From NCBI GenBank assembly GCA_964270895.1, contig OZ185446.1: 64,000 bases of DNA, one strand, 5' to 3'. The notes under the pieces are model-generated. The model was not told the DNA's origin, ran no database searches, and saw only the letters and a list, made by a program, of their open reading frames with translations. Source of the DNA: Podarcis filfolensis. Lineage: Eukaryota. Positions 50,650-63,140 of the stretch are shown piece after piece (the stretch's first letter is position 1; each line of letters starts with the position of its first letter). Both the position numbers and the translations under genes were made by a program.

Positions 50650-52095
50650 TATGTTCACCCTGCCACCTAGGCTTGTTTCTGTTCTTATGTTAACGGCACA
50701 GTTTGCACATCACAGTGAACATGCCAGTCTGGCCCAAGCTTGTACCTTCCTGCTGGTGTGCTGGAGAAAGAAGCCATGACCCCTGACTTAGTGTTACATT
50801 TGAACTAGAGAAAATGGTTTGTTTCACTCAGAGCACAAACTTGGGTTACAGATCTTGGTTTATGTGGAGCAAAACAAACCCTGAACATGATTTGGCCACA
50901 ATGCTCAGCCAGGGATCATAGTTTGTTTCTCCCATGCACTTGCAGGAAAGGATAAACTGGCCAGGTAGGTGTATTTGTAGTAAATAATTAACTATGGTTT
51001 ACTGTGACAGGCGAATGAGACCAATATGTATTCCTACGTGTAGTACCATTCTCACCACCCTTGTTTTAAAGAAGAACAATTGGCTTTGCTTCCACTTTGG
51101 ATGCTTGGCAGAAAGGGGGAACTCAGAAAACATTGGAGTGATTGACGGTGCAGACAGTCTTGAACTTGTAGTCCTGCAGAGACTGACTTCTAAACGTAGA
51201 GAATTGCTACTAATAGTACAATCCAAGGACCACTTAAGCCTATGTGGGTGCACTTAAATAGTCTTAGATCCATTAGTTTTAAAAGGGCCTTAGGAATCTA
51301 GCTACCAGTTTTAAGAGATCTGACAATTGAAATGCATTTTTAAAAGCCATTGGTGTTGACCCTTTTGACGGGCTTCCAACGGAACTGCATTATGGACTCA
51401 GTGACACTCGTGTTCAGGGGGTTCTTTTTATGATCCACCAAAATGCTGCTGGCATCAAAATCCCAGTCACATTTTTTCATCATTTAATCCATATTTACCC
51501 ATTTCTGGAAAACCCAATACATAAAAATAAGCTCCTTTGTGCATTTTTTTGGGGGAGTGCACAGTTTGAGACATGCGTGGTGACATTTTGGAGGGTGACA
51601 TTTTGCTTCTATTGCCATGCCCCTACTTCTGTTTGCTCCCCATCTGAACACAATGAGGAAACAACCCACCTATAAGTTTTAGTGATGCTGTTATTGAACT
51701 GGTGTAGCATATGCTGCAAATTGCACATTTCCCCCCTTTGCACGAACATGCTTACAGTGCAGAACAAAGCTGCATGGCTCCCAGTGTGCATCTGGAATGC
51801 TTCATTAAAGATGCATAAATATATTTTAAAGTTTCTAATAGCTCTGTTGTATGCTTGGGTAATAATTTACTATTGACCAGCTAAGAAGATACTTTATGAT
51901 GGTTATTCAATATTAAGGATGCATTCTACTCATAAGCTACCTAGGACAAATAATGAGTTCACTGGGAATATAAACTTAAATATTTATCGATATACTGCTT
52001 TCAAACAAAAGCTCTTCAAATGGTGCGTTGATGGGTTACTGCAACTGAACCACATGTACGCTGCCTTTGGTTATATGAGGAAAGAGAGGCAGAAT

Positions 52096-52097
<2 letters not shown>

Positions 52098-52129
<32 letters not shown>
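52098..52129. repeat. (TG)n microsatellite
   Basis: Directly visible. Confidence 0.98.
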
Positions 52130-52133
<4 letters not shown>

Positions 52134-53328
52134 GCACTTTTATATTTAAGTTGTTTTCAAGTTTTTGTTCTTGGCAGCAGGGCAGAGAGTAACCCCATAC
52201 CAGACACACTCTCCTCTTTGACCACACCTGGGAGCTCAGCATATAGCACTGTACAGATGAGGAGAACAGGATTGTTCCTGCCATATAGCTCTTCCTACAG
52301 GCAGTTGGCTAGATGGCTCATCCCAGGAGTGACACTGATGGTTATGCTGTAAGCATTTGCAGATACATACAGTTGAATGTTGTTTGGGATTTGTATATGC
52401 TTCTCATTTGAATTACAAACCTTTATTACCCAGCTAAAGAGCACTGTCAGTCATGCATTAGAGCAATAAAAAGTGAACTCCCATCAAAATATAATTAAAA
52501 CATACTAATAGGATAATGCATTGCAATATCCAATATCTTCTGCAATATCTTCTACATAACCCATCACAAACAGCATCCCGCTCATTTATAATGTAACTCA
52601 ACACTTTAACAACAGGACTTGACAGTCCCCTGTTATCTGATATTCTTCATCTACCTTCATTGTGCTAAATTGTGCTGGCAGTCAATCATAATGGGATTCA
52701 GCCCATTCCTTTTTAATAGAGAAAACCATAACTAGAAAGCTGGCTAGGTCAAACATGATCATGTGCATCTGGTTTGTCAGCAAAAAGACCAATACATCCT
52801 ATCCAATTCTTGTCCTACAACACACTTTTCTCTAGATGTCTGTCCACAGCAACACTATAGGCTGCACTTAAACACCATACGTTCCAGTTTTCCCATACTG
52901 ACCCCAATGCTTCTTGAGAAGAATCTCTCTGAATTATCCTGTTCAGAGGATAATCCTATCCTGCAAAGAAGAAGCTATTGAAGGTGATTATTCTTTGGTA
53001 CTTTTTACCCCATCTTTTCCCCTGTCAAGGCAGCTTACAGATAAAATAGAAACATCAAAAAACATAGGGATGAAACAATTATTTAAACAAAAAACGATTA
53101 AACTTTAATAGAATTAAAACATATATATTTGAACAATGCATCTTTAAAAGCAATACATATAAGGTTATAGGTTCTTGTGTGTAAAGGTCCATAAACCTGC
53201 AAGCATAGATGACCTCCAGTGCTTCTGATCCAGCTCCCATTTTTTATCCAGCTTCTCCCCCACAGTTACTTAGTTATTCCAGATCTAGTTCCTCCATCCC
53301 AGAATTCCTCCCCCACCTCCTGCACTTA

Positions 53329-53577
53329 CCGTATTTTTTACTCTATAAGACCATAAGACGAACCTAGTTTTTGGAGGAGGAAAACAAGAAAAAAATATTC
53401 TGAATCCCAGAAGCCAGAACAGCAAGAGGGATCACTGTGCAGCGAAAGCAGCGATCCCTCTTGCTGTTCTGGCTTCTGGGATAGCTGTGCAGCCTGCATT
53501 TGCTCCATAAGACGCACACACATTTCCCCTTACTTTTTAGGAGGGAAAAAGTGAGTCTTATAGATCAAAAAATACGG
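53329..53577 (+). mobile_element. MITE family B, one hairpin
   Basis: TA TSD; close identity to 10455-10714. Confidence 0.9.
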
Positions 53578-55198
53578 TATTTCGTTTTTTTTTCCGTCTC
53601 CTTCTGTTCCCTTGTATTGCAATCTCCATCCATCTGGGGGCATCTCTTTCTGATTAGCTCCCTAGATCTTTGCTTTCTCCTCAGTAATGACTTCTCAGCT
53701 TGTGTTGCTGTTCCTGACATGATAAGCCAACTAGGTCTTCTAACACAGTGTATTATATTCCTGCTTCTGGATTCTTCATTAAGACATTTTGTCAAACATT
53801 TGTCAAACTTCTGGAAAGATTCTTGAAAATCTGGGAGGACAGCCTCTGGCCTTCCTAGCTTTGTATTGTCTATATGGACTGATAATGATCTAACTCTGTG
53901 TAAGACAGTTTCTTGTGCTCCTTAGTCAAACATGTGCAAAACAATGCAGTGGTTCTCTAATTGTCAGAGTTGGCATTACAACCAGATTCCATTCACCTCC
54001 ATAGATTTTCTGCAGAAAAACTGCTGTGTATGAGGTAGCCATTTCTACTTACAGAGTTGGAAGCAGTGCAGTTCCTTGTTATATTGCTTGACAATGTATC
54101 TCCTCCCTCTAGAAATCACTTAGTACTGGTGACAGACCATCTTTCAATGATGAGATAAGCTCTTTTCTGTTGCATCAATCTTTACACTAATTACTTTCCA
54201 CGGTGCTTTTCGCTGCATTTCTATGGAGACAAAAAGCACTTTAAAAAAAATAAACAAGAGACCTGGTAACTTTTCATCAATTCATATGCAAATATTTTCC
54301 TATGCTTGTCTTTTTTCTTTGTAATGCATGTTTGCTGATCTTACTGCTGTCTAATGCCATATTTTTATAAGCTGCCTGAAGCATGAGATGAGACTAAACA
54401 TTCCACTTTTACAAATAGGCTCTGTTCTGCAGAGCACTGTTTGTTTTGAATGCCTGTCTATCAAGCAGCATATTATTGTTGCAGTAATAAACTCTGAAAT
54501 GGGAGGAACAGGTGCTGTGCATATTTTTTTATTAATTTTACCCAATATCTTCTTCTAGTATATAGTATATTGAGAGGTGGATGGTCTGCTTTCCTTTTCC
54601 TAGTACAAGAAATGTTCACAACCTATGTTTCTGGCAAGCTTTGAAATGCCAGAAGGCTCTCAGCAAAATGAGGGGAACTGTGATGACAGTGCAAAATTTC
54701 ATTATTGACATGACTGTGTTGTGTGAAGCATACATCTTTGGAAGCATGGAAAGCCTGAAAAACGTTACTGAAGGAAAATATAGGTGCTGCACCAAAACCC
54801 AAAGGAGGCAAAAGAAGAGGCAAGGCTTCAAAATGATAGTGGAAAATTAATATACGGCAAATATTAGTAAGCCTTAACTATAAAATGTGCAACACTGGTA
54901 ATCTTTTTCAAGGGCATGAGATTAAGAATACCTTGTCAAGGCAACATTTCTGCCTGATTTCAGGCACCAAATTCAGTTTGAAATCCACATCATGGTAACG
55001 GTTTCATAATATTCTACATGGTGATAGATGTGTTTGTGTGTGTGTTCTATGTAAAAAATCACGATGTGGGGAAAACCGTGGAGCCAGTAATCACTTCTCT
55101 CATGATCCTTGTCATCCCTGTTGCTCTATACTATAAAATAACAGTTGTAACAATATGTTAAAGGTAAGTAAAAATGTTGTACAACCTTAAGTAATAGC

Positions 55199-55697
55199 TG
55201 TTGGGTTGAAATAACGACAGACAGGTAGCGAGTGTCATCTGGGAGGCATCTCCTGAGCAAGTCTCAAGGAGCCTCTTTTATTGAATATTACAGCATTGCC
55301 ACATATGTGCTTATTGCTGATTGGTTAACACAAGTACAAAGCAAAGGTTGCATTAATCACCAATAGATTAAAGACTGGGAAAGGGAGCACAGAACTAGAC
55401 AGGCATGAAGACCTCCTAATTAAATTATAACCAATGATTAATATAGTAGGACTTAAAACAATTACTAATGATTGATATAGGAAACTTAAAAGAGCATAAT
55501 AATCACGTTCCGTAGATGTGATCAACTATGCATTAAGAACGGGTCAAAGTACAATGTTTTCCTGAACTCAATGTGAACTGAACATTCTAAGGTGGTGAGT
55601 GAATGTCTTAGTATTAGAATGGTTTGTGCAGCATTATGTGCAGGAGCGAAGCTTAAGAGCAAGACTTCCCATCAGGCCACAGTCATGTATAGGATCA
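55199..55697 (-). mobile_element. Solo LTR (ERV-like)
   Basis: TG...CA termini with 4-bp tagc on both sides (55195-55198 and 55698-55701); minus-strand CCAAT and AATAAA followed by a U5-like end ...caacccaaca. Confidence 0.6.
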
Positions 55698-55758
55698 TAG
55701 CATCCAGCATCCCATCAAATAGCAGTTTCCAGAACATTACCCCGTTCGCCTCTACATA

Positions 55759-56110
55759 AAGGTAAAGGGACCCCTGACCATTAGGTCCAGTAATAACCGA
55801 CTCTGGGGTTGCGGCGCTCATCTCGCTTTATTAGTCAAGGGAGCCGGCGTACAGCTTCTGGGTCATGTGGCCAGCATGATTAAGCCACTTCTGGCAAACC
55901 AGAGCAGCGCACGGAAACACCGTTTACCTTCCCGCCAGAGCGGTACCTATTTATCTACTTGCACTTTGAGGTGCTTTCGAACTGCTAGGTTGGCAGGAGC
56001 AGGGACTGAGCAACGGGAGCTCACCCCGTCGCGGGGATTCGAACTGCCAACCTTCTGATTGGCAAGTCCTAGGCTCTGTGGTTTAACCCACAGTGCCACC
56101 CGCGTCTCAA
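55759..56110 (-). mobile_element. Sauria SINE, young copy
   Basis: Perfect 12-bp TSD cgcctctacata at 55747-55758 and 56111-56122. Confidence 0.95.
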
Positions 56111-56446
56111 CGCCTCTACATAGTTACATCCTTATTTCAGACATCATGATATGTTGGTATATCATGATGTTTGGCTGGTGATATATCACAGTGTTGAAAA
56201 CCAGCCCTAGTGGTAGGCAACATCTTGTCCTTTACCCTCAAGCAGCAATATGTTTTGGGTTGGCTTTTTATGGACAGGATTTTTTAGCTGCCTACAATCC
56301 ACTATCTATTTTGGGCACTTCTTAAGATACTGTAACCAGATTTTGCATGTTGACTCCTGGTATCAAAAAGCAGCTTTTTATCTATTTTTTTGATACAGTT
56401 GGATACAATTTTTGAAATCAAGATGATTTTGTGAATCTTTCTCCTA

Positions 56447-56763
56447 GGCTGCATTCACATGGCAGTTTATTCCATTTCCACAACTTTTCCCAAATTGTTA
56501 ATTTCCACGTTATGTTTGAGCTTTCACATGTTGTAAAAGCCACTTTTGGAACTGAAGTTCAATTTTAGCACTCGTTTCCACATTATTTGCAAACAGTCCC
56601 TCCCCCCCCCCCCCGGAAGCAAGTAACATGGAAATGAACATGACACTATATTCCACTGTAGTTCCAAAAAGCGGCTTTTACATCATGTGAAAGCTCAAAT
56701 ATAACACAGAAATTAACAGAGAGAATTGGTGAAAAAGGAATGAGTTGCCATGTGAACCCAGCC
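56447..56763. mobile_element. PIF/Harbinger-type MITE
   Basis: Long imperfect inverted arms starting ggctgcattcacatggca / tgccatgtgaacccagcc; 3-bp flanks cta/tta. Confidence 0.72.
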
Positions 56764-57489
56764 TTAGAATTTCCAAGCAACAATGTGTATGAAGCTACTA
56801 GCCTATTATATATTTTGGAAAGTTGTTTGTTTGCTATGCCTCTGGACATGTCTTAAGATATATCTAAATTTTCCATGATGGCTTCTGAGATCAAGGGACA
56901 GGTTTTTTGTTTATGCTTGAACATTGTTGGATACTATTTTGAATCAAACTGCCTTGGGACATCAACCAGTTGAGCATGCTTGGTATTGTTTTTGTTTCCT
57001 GCCACTATCTCTCTTTTAATTATAATTCTGGCCTGATAGGAAATCCAGAGCTAAGTGCTAAATATCTGCTTGGAAGGTAGCAATCAACTAGAACCCTCAT
57101 GACATTTTGGGCATGTGCAGCTTGTTTTCATCTTATCTCCTCTTAGACAAAAGGAGGTAAATGGACTCCGAGTGGCTTAGCTAGTGGGAGGAAAACAGTC
57201 CCTTGGGTTTGTCATTAATTTACTCCAAGCTTCAAGTCCAAATTAGGAGAGACATTTTATTAGGAATAAGCCATAAGGGACAAAGGGAAAGCAGAGAGGT
57301 ACTTTATGTTAAAGGTAAAACAAATGTTTAAGGAGGTTACTTTTGAAGAGTGCACATACTCACACCCATAGGGGTCACTGATGTAGATTCAGCATAAAAT
57401 ACCCATGGATGTTCAAAGGAGGTGGGGCTGGTTTGGAAGCTCCAGCTAGCGCATTCAGATTTCTGAGGAGAGCTTCTGGTTGAGAAAAT

Positions 57490-57900
57490 GTGACACCATT
57501 GTTAAAACAGTTGCACTGGCTGCCCATCTCCTACCAAACCAGGTACAAGGTCCTTGTGTTGATTTGCAAAGCCCTGAAGAATTCAGGGACCACCTGAACC
57601 CTTGTATCCCAGCTCAGTCACAGAGATCATCTGCAGGAGTATTGTGGTTCGCCTCCTGAAAAGGTGAGGCTCATTTGACAACAATAAGAAACCAAGACTT
57701 TATGTCATCACCCCTGTGTTGTGGAACACTCTTCAGCATGTGGCTTCTGTTTCAGTTTTTAAATCCCTGCTGAAAACTTTTCTATTCCATCAGGCAAAAG
57801 CAATTAAGAATACTGTATACATTTCCACAACAGTTAGCTGATCTCTGATTTTAGCTTTATATGATTTTTCTTGTATGGTTTAATGTACAATTATAAATTG
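57490..57900 (+). mobile_element. L2 LINE fragment (ORF2 end and 3' UTR)
   Basis: Translates as VTPLLKQLHWLPISYQTRYKVLVLICKAL, the typical L2 ORF2 C-terminal HWLP motif. Confidence 0.82.
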
Positions 57901-59757
57901 CTCTGGTATTTGTTATGAATAGCAATATAGAATTGTTCAAATGAATGAGAACAGAGGTAGCCTATTCCATACTTATCATGTTTAGCCAGGGTGGCCAGCA
58001 TCACAGATAGATGGTGTCAACCAAGCAGATGAGCTTCACATAGTCAGGAAGGCACTCGTGACACCTTTTGGAGCTAGGAAATGATTTCTGGAAAGGTGTC
58101 AGTTGAAAATGGGACTGCTTACCCTATTCCTGGCAGATGGGATTCACCAAAGGCTTCCTGTTTATGTGTCTGGAAATCAAGGGGGAAGGATCAATGGAAG
58201 AGTGGAATGGTCAATGAAGAGTAATGAACACAACCTGACTTTGTTCAGGTTGCTGTATTATTAAAAGGACCCCCACTGGATTTCATTCCACATCACACAT
58301 AACAATAGCAAGTCAAATGACATGATATACACAAAACGTGGATTGCATATGACATTCAAACCAGTGTTCAGTGGTCTATAAATTCAGCTTGCACAACTGT
58401 AGCAGACAATTAGGATGAAAAGTTGTTGTGAGAACTCTTTAATTTCATTTCAGTTTTTTTTTAAATAAAATAAAATATTGGTTTGCACAATGGGCACAAA
58501 ATATTGGTTTGGGCACAAAAATATTGTTTTTAGTATTTAGTGTACTATGATATAATTGGGTCTTAGTAGTTAAAGAAGGTAGCAGAGACCCCATTGTTTA
58601 ATTGCTAGCCAATCTGTACATCTTCAAATTGCTATTAAATAAATACAAGATTATCTAATGTTGATAGCAGAAGTAGATGCTACACTGGCCTCCTTTAAAC
58701 TTGTGTAACTTAATTTAGTCTGGTGTAAATAGAAGGGAGAGTAAAGTCTGTAATCCTTAATTGAGAGGTGGATTGATTAAGTACTGGAATATACCCATCC
58801 CAGGTGGGACAAAATTGATGTAGAGGAATCAAGTGCTTAATGTTGAGTTACAGTAGATCAAACACTGGAACTCAGCCAACCAAAAGAGGAGAACAGTAAC
58901 AATGAAAAGATGAAATCCTGGAATGCTGCCACACAACAAAAGGGGTAGTGTGAACAGACAGCATTGGAAGTGAATCAAGTAGTGTATTTTTATATCTTTC
59001 CGGGGTGGTTATACGCTAATGGAGAGAGATCATTAACAGGAACATAGCCATCCAGGAGAGACATACTGTACACTAATGAGAAAACATTAACTACTGGAGC
59101 ACTTCCAGCATAAAGAGAGCAACCCCATCACAGCAGTGGACAGATCAAATGTTTAGCACCTGGCTCTTTCTGTTCCAAATAAAAGAGCATGTCTAATGGG
59201 CCTTTCACCTACATGGGTTTTATATCTGCATTAACACAGTTGTTTTCAGCCTGATTGCTCCAAGTACAGCCATGAAACAAGAGTGGTGCCTGCTTTATTA
59301 TTCATTATTAGTATTCTTGGGTTTAGTCTCCAAGATAATAGATTGCTGCTTTGTTTTAGCAACAGTATCTTAGATAATTTTGTGGCCTAAGGTGCTGCGG
59401 TGGCGTTTCCAATTTACAGTCTTTCCTACGTAGCCGTGTTTGAGATAGTTGAGGGATGGGGGCAAAGCAGGGCTTGATGCAAATGAAAATAAGATAGGAA
59501 GGAAGGAAGAAGGAAGGAAGAAAATGATGAGAGGCAGAATAAGAGGGAACTCTGAGGATGAAAGGCCTGACCATTGGGAGTGGGATCCCTACCCTGTTTT
59601 CCTGAATGCAAAAAGTAAATTACCACTAAAAGACACTGTAATAGTTTCACTAGACTCTAGTGTCAACCTAAGAAAGGGGACCTAGGGTTGGATAATGAAG
59701 GTGAAGAGGTGACATTAAGTAAATAGGATGTGGCTCTGTCCTCATGGACTTCTATAG

Positions 59758-59847
59758 CAAGCATAGGCAAACCGATAGGACCAGTGGTCAGGGATGATGG
59801 GAGTTGTAGTCCCAAAACATCTGGAGGTCCAAGTTTGCCTATGCCTG
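59758..59847. mobile_element. Internally deleted palindromic hAT MITE
   Basis: TIRs caagcataggcaaac / gtttgcctatgcctg; perfect 8-bp TSD ttctatag. Confidence 0.85.
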
Positions 59848-61354
59848 TTCTATAGGGTTCTATGCAATAAAAGAAACAGGCTGAAATTTGAGGCATAGGT
59901 GAGATGGAATTTAAAACCTAACTTCAATCCAGACTATTGGTTACCAGAGACAGGAGATTTCACTCCCTTCTAGTCCAGTTTGTCAATGGACACCCCTTTA
60001 CTTTCTCCGTTATCAGGACTATCTTTCACTGAATTGAAGAAGTAATGGATATTAAGCCTCATGTCATAGTTTGGCCAAAGCCTGCTAGTCACCTTAGCAC
60101 CTGTAAGTGGTCTAGCTTCTACCTACACTTCTCCTGTTGAGTTAATGGGTCACCGCACAAAAATCACATTGAGACCATCCAAACACAGCTGCCATAATGA
60201 CTGGAAATTCACAAGCGAGCACACATCCTCCTGGCAGCTATATGTGATAAATGTGGGATAGAAATCTTATAACTCAACACAATAAAGCAAAACAACATAG
60301 CAGATAAAGGAAGTGGATATTCGTTGCTGGAAATCTTTCATTTTCTCTTTCTCAACTTTTTCATTCACATGGTCCATTAATATTTTATAAGAATATCTAT
60401 CCTTCCATGTTCTTGGTATATCAATCATTTGGTGGATCTGAAGTATATACAAATGCCCATATATGTCACTCATTTCATTGACATTTTAGAATTATTTTTA
60501 GTTGGGTGTTTTTAGTTGTTGTTTTTTTCTAAATAGAACTTAAGCTTTATTTCTTAGAAAGTCATTATTTGTATCCATAGCAGGAACTCCTTAGCTGAAT
60601 ATACATTTTTCCCATTATCAATTTATTTATTTATAAACATGCACACGAACAACATGGGCCACAACCAAGCCACAATACTGAAATGTGCAATTAAATCAGA
60701 GTATGTTTGTAACGATAATGATGCTTAGCAATCTTACAGTTTTTCTTCTTCTTCTTCCACCAGAGCAGTTTAAAACCTTTATTCAAATCCCATCATGGTG
60801 CTTTGAAGCAGATAAATATACACTAATTTGTAATTACTGTGGAAACAATATGGTGAAACACAAATTTGTTTAGTCTTGTAGGCATTTTGAGAATGGGGCC
60901 CTAGAGGCCTACCTCAGCCCTGGGCTCTCACAGTCAGGCGAATCTAATTGCAATGTGTGTGTGGGGGGGTGTGTGTCTGTGTGTTCTTACATTTTTCTGC
61001 ACGTGGTTTCTCCACCCCCTCTTTATACATACAACAACCTTACAAGGCAGCTTAGGTTTAGACCGAACGTTCATTTTATTTATTCATAAAAGAAACACAT
61101 TTTATTTATTTGGCAAATTTAACAAATTTATAATACCACTAAAAATGCTGTAAACTGTGAGCAATAAAAGAAAAACCACATAAAAGCCACATAAAGATAC
61201 AATACATTAAGCAGTCAGCTGGTCAAACAGAAGCAGGTTTAGCAAACATCTCAAAGATAAAACGAAAGGAACTTGCTTAATATGTCTAAAAGCTAGCGTA
61301 ATTTTCTCCCAATGAGATTCATGGTTGAGCTGGGATTTGAACCCACCCAAAGTC

Positions 61355-61359
61355 CACAT

Positions 61360-61391
<32 letters not shown>

Positions 61392-61660
61392 ATTTATTAT
61401 TTATACCCCGCCCATCTGGCTGAGTTTCCTCAGCCACTCTGGCCGGCTTCCAATCAAGTGTTAAAAACAATACAGCATTAAATATTAAAAACTTCCCTAA
61501 ACAGGCCTGCCTTCAGATGTCTTCTAAAAGTCTGGTAGTTGTTCTCTTTGACATCTGGTGGGAGGGTGTTCCACAGGGCGGGTGCCACTACCGAGAAGGC
61601 CCTCTGTCTGGTTCCCTGTAACCTCACTTCTTGCAATGAGGGAACCATCAGAAGGCCCTC
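61355..61660 (-). mobile_element. L2-type LINE 3' fragment with (ACT)n tail expansion
   Basis: Minus strand reads RAFSVVAPALWNTLP...FRRHLKA, followed by the L2 3' end. Confidence 0.82.
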
Positions 61661-62584
61661 GGCGCTGGCTATTCTAACTAAGTACGCATGAAAATGCATA
61701 CATGCACATCTCACCACAATGTCTGGTAAGAGTCACATCGTCAGCCCTACCCACTTGGTGGTGTCATTCAGATCCCACCTTCATGGGATTACTCCATTGA
61801 ACAGTGTTTCTAAGGGAGCGTTCAGGATCTCTAAAGGTTACCACATACAGAACTCCAAGGACAGTAACAACACAATGTATTACACAGTGTGATTCTTAGT
61901 AAGTATCTTAAAATGAGTACCTTTAGGTCATTAACGTATTTTTTACTGAGTGCGTGTATAGATGATAAGAGATTTTTGGTTTGAATGAGATAATGGCTTT
62001 CCTTCCACTTTTTGGATATTGTTCATTCCATTTCTAAAATGTAATGGCATGCTACGTCAGATTTGTTGGTAAGGCATTTACCAATTTAGTTAGTAACTGT
62101 CTTCTTGGAGCAGGGAAGGAAACCACCATTTAAAAAATAGAATATAATTATGCTGGTATCAGCCACAGTATATTCAGAGCTTTTATGTCTGGGTTTGCAC
62201 CACATCAAAGCAATTATGCTTATTATATTCCATTACACAAGAAGTCACATCTGTGTGGAGAATATTTCTATCAGGCATAATCTCTGCTTGCTTACTTTCT
62301 ATCACAGTTAATTTGTGTTTCAAATAGCTGTTTTGCTAGCCCATTAAAACATAATCTTGGGATGCATGGGTTACATTAGAGGAAGATACAACCAGTTTCA
62401 CTTGGTTCTTGTAAACTTGACATCTAGAATGTATGGGGATTCAGAACACCATAATTGGATTTCAGTTTATATTCCTAGTTCGGGTCAGGTCCATTGTCTT
62501 CAGTAGCAATAACAAGAGGAACACGGTGTGTTTTTAATAGAAAGGCCTTAACATTCTCACACACCGAGTAGCCATCCTTTGCAG

Positions 62585-63140
62585 AAGGGACAATAGCTCA
62601 GTAGAAGAGCACATGCTAGTTCCAGGTCCAATGCCAGGCCTGTCCACCTATAAAAGGATCAGGTAGCAGGTGATGGAATCTGTTCTGGCCAAGTCCCTGG
62701 AGAGCTGCTACCAGACAGAGGAAGTAATAGTGGGTGTCATGGGCCAGGAACTGGCTTCACCTGCTGAAGGGGCAGAGTGATTCCACCTGTGACTGATCAG
62801 CCTTCAAGGACACAGAAGAGAAGGCGATGATGAGAATCAGTTGGCTTTAGCCTTCTTAAACAGAGCTTCCAGCAGCAATCAGATGCCGGTAACAATGGCT
62901 GTAGTTCCTGGTCCTAGCTTGCTGCTTGTCTTGGCCATTCCCTGACCCCTGGACTATCTGACCACATGGATTGTTGTTTCCCCGGCCCTAGGACTAGACC
63001 TGATTTTGAATGATGACTCTGCCTCCAGGCAAGTACACCCCAGAGTTGCTTTTCATTGGCTGGCCTCCCACTCCACTGAGCTTACCACATTGTTGCTCAG
63101 CAACGAGACTACGGCAGTGGGCTAGATCTGAGCTTCCCTC
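62585..63140 (+). mobile_element. Old tRNA-headed SINE split by a solo LTR
   Basis: atagctcagtagaagagcacatg head; body resumes as gtgggctagat after the LTR. Confidence 0.55.
62735..63116 (+). mobile_element. Solo LTR (Gypsy-like)
   Basis: tgtcatggg...tacggca termini; perfect 5-bp TSD gtggg at 62730-62734 and 63117-63121. Confidence 0.75.

Noticed and set aside
50994-51257. Overlapping antisense ORFs or a terminal exon (DYKFKTVCTVNHSNVF*)
   Set aside because: No recognisable protein similarity and weak splice signals.
10452-53523. ORFs at 10452, 36461, 36560 and 53338 sharing peptides such as FFLVFLLQKLG.SYGL, suggesting a protein family
   Set aside because: All are translations of MITE family B copies.
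11700-58520. Short tandem duplications (about 11710, 23140, 37855, 39015, 39290, 58490)
   Set aside because: Ordinary 10-25-bp slippage events with no shared motif or periodicity.
2496-62640. tRNA genes at the A/B-box-like sequences (2496, 28890, 42861, 43648, 62585)
   Set aside because: They are SINE heads: no complete cloverleaf, and most are clearly followed by SINE bodies.
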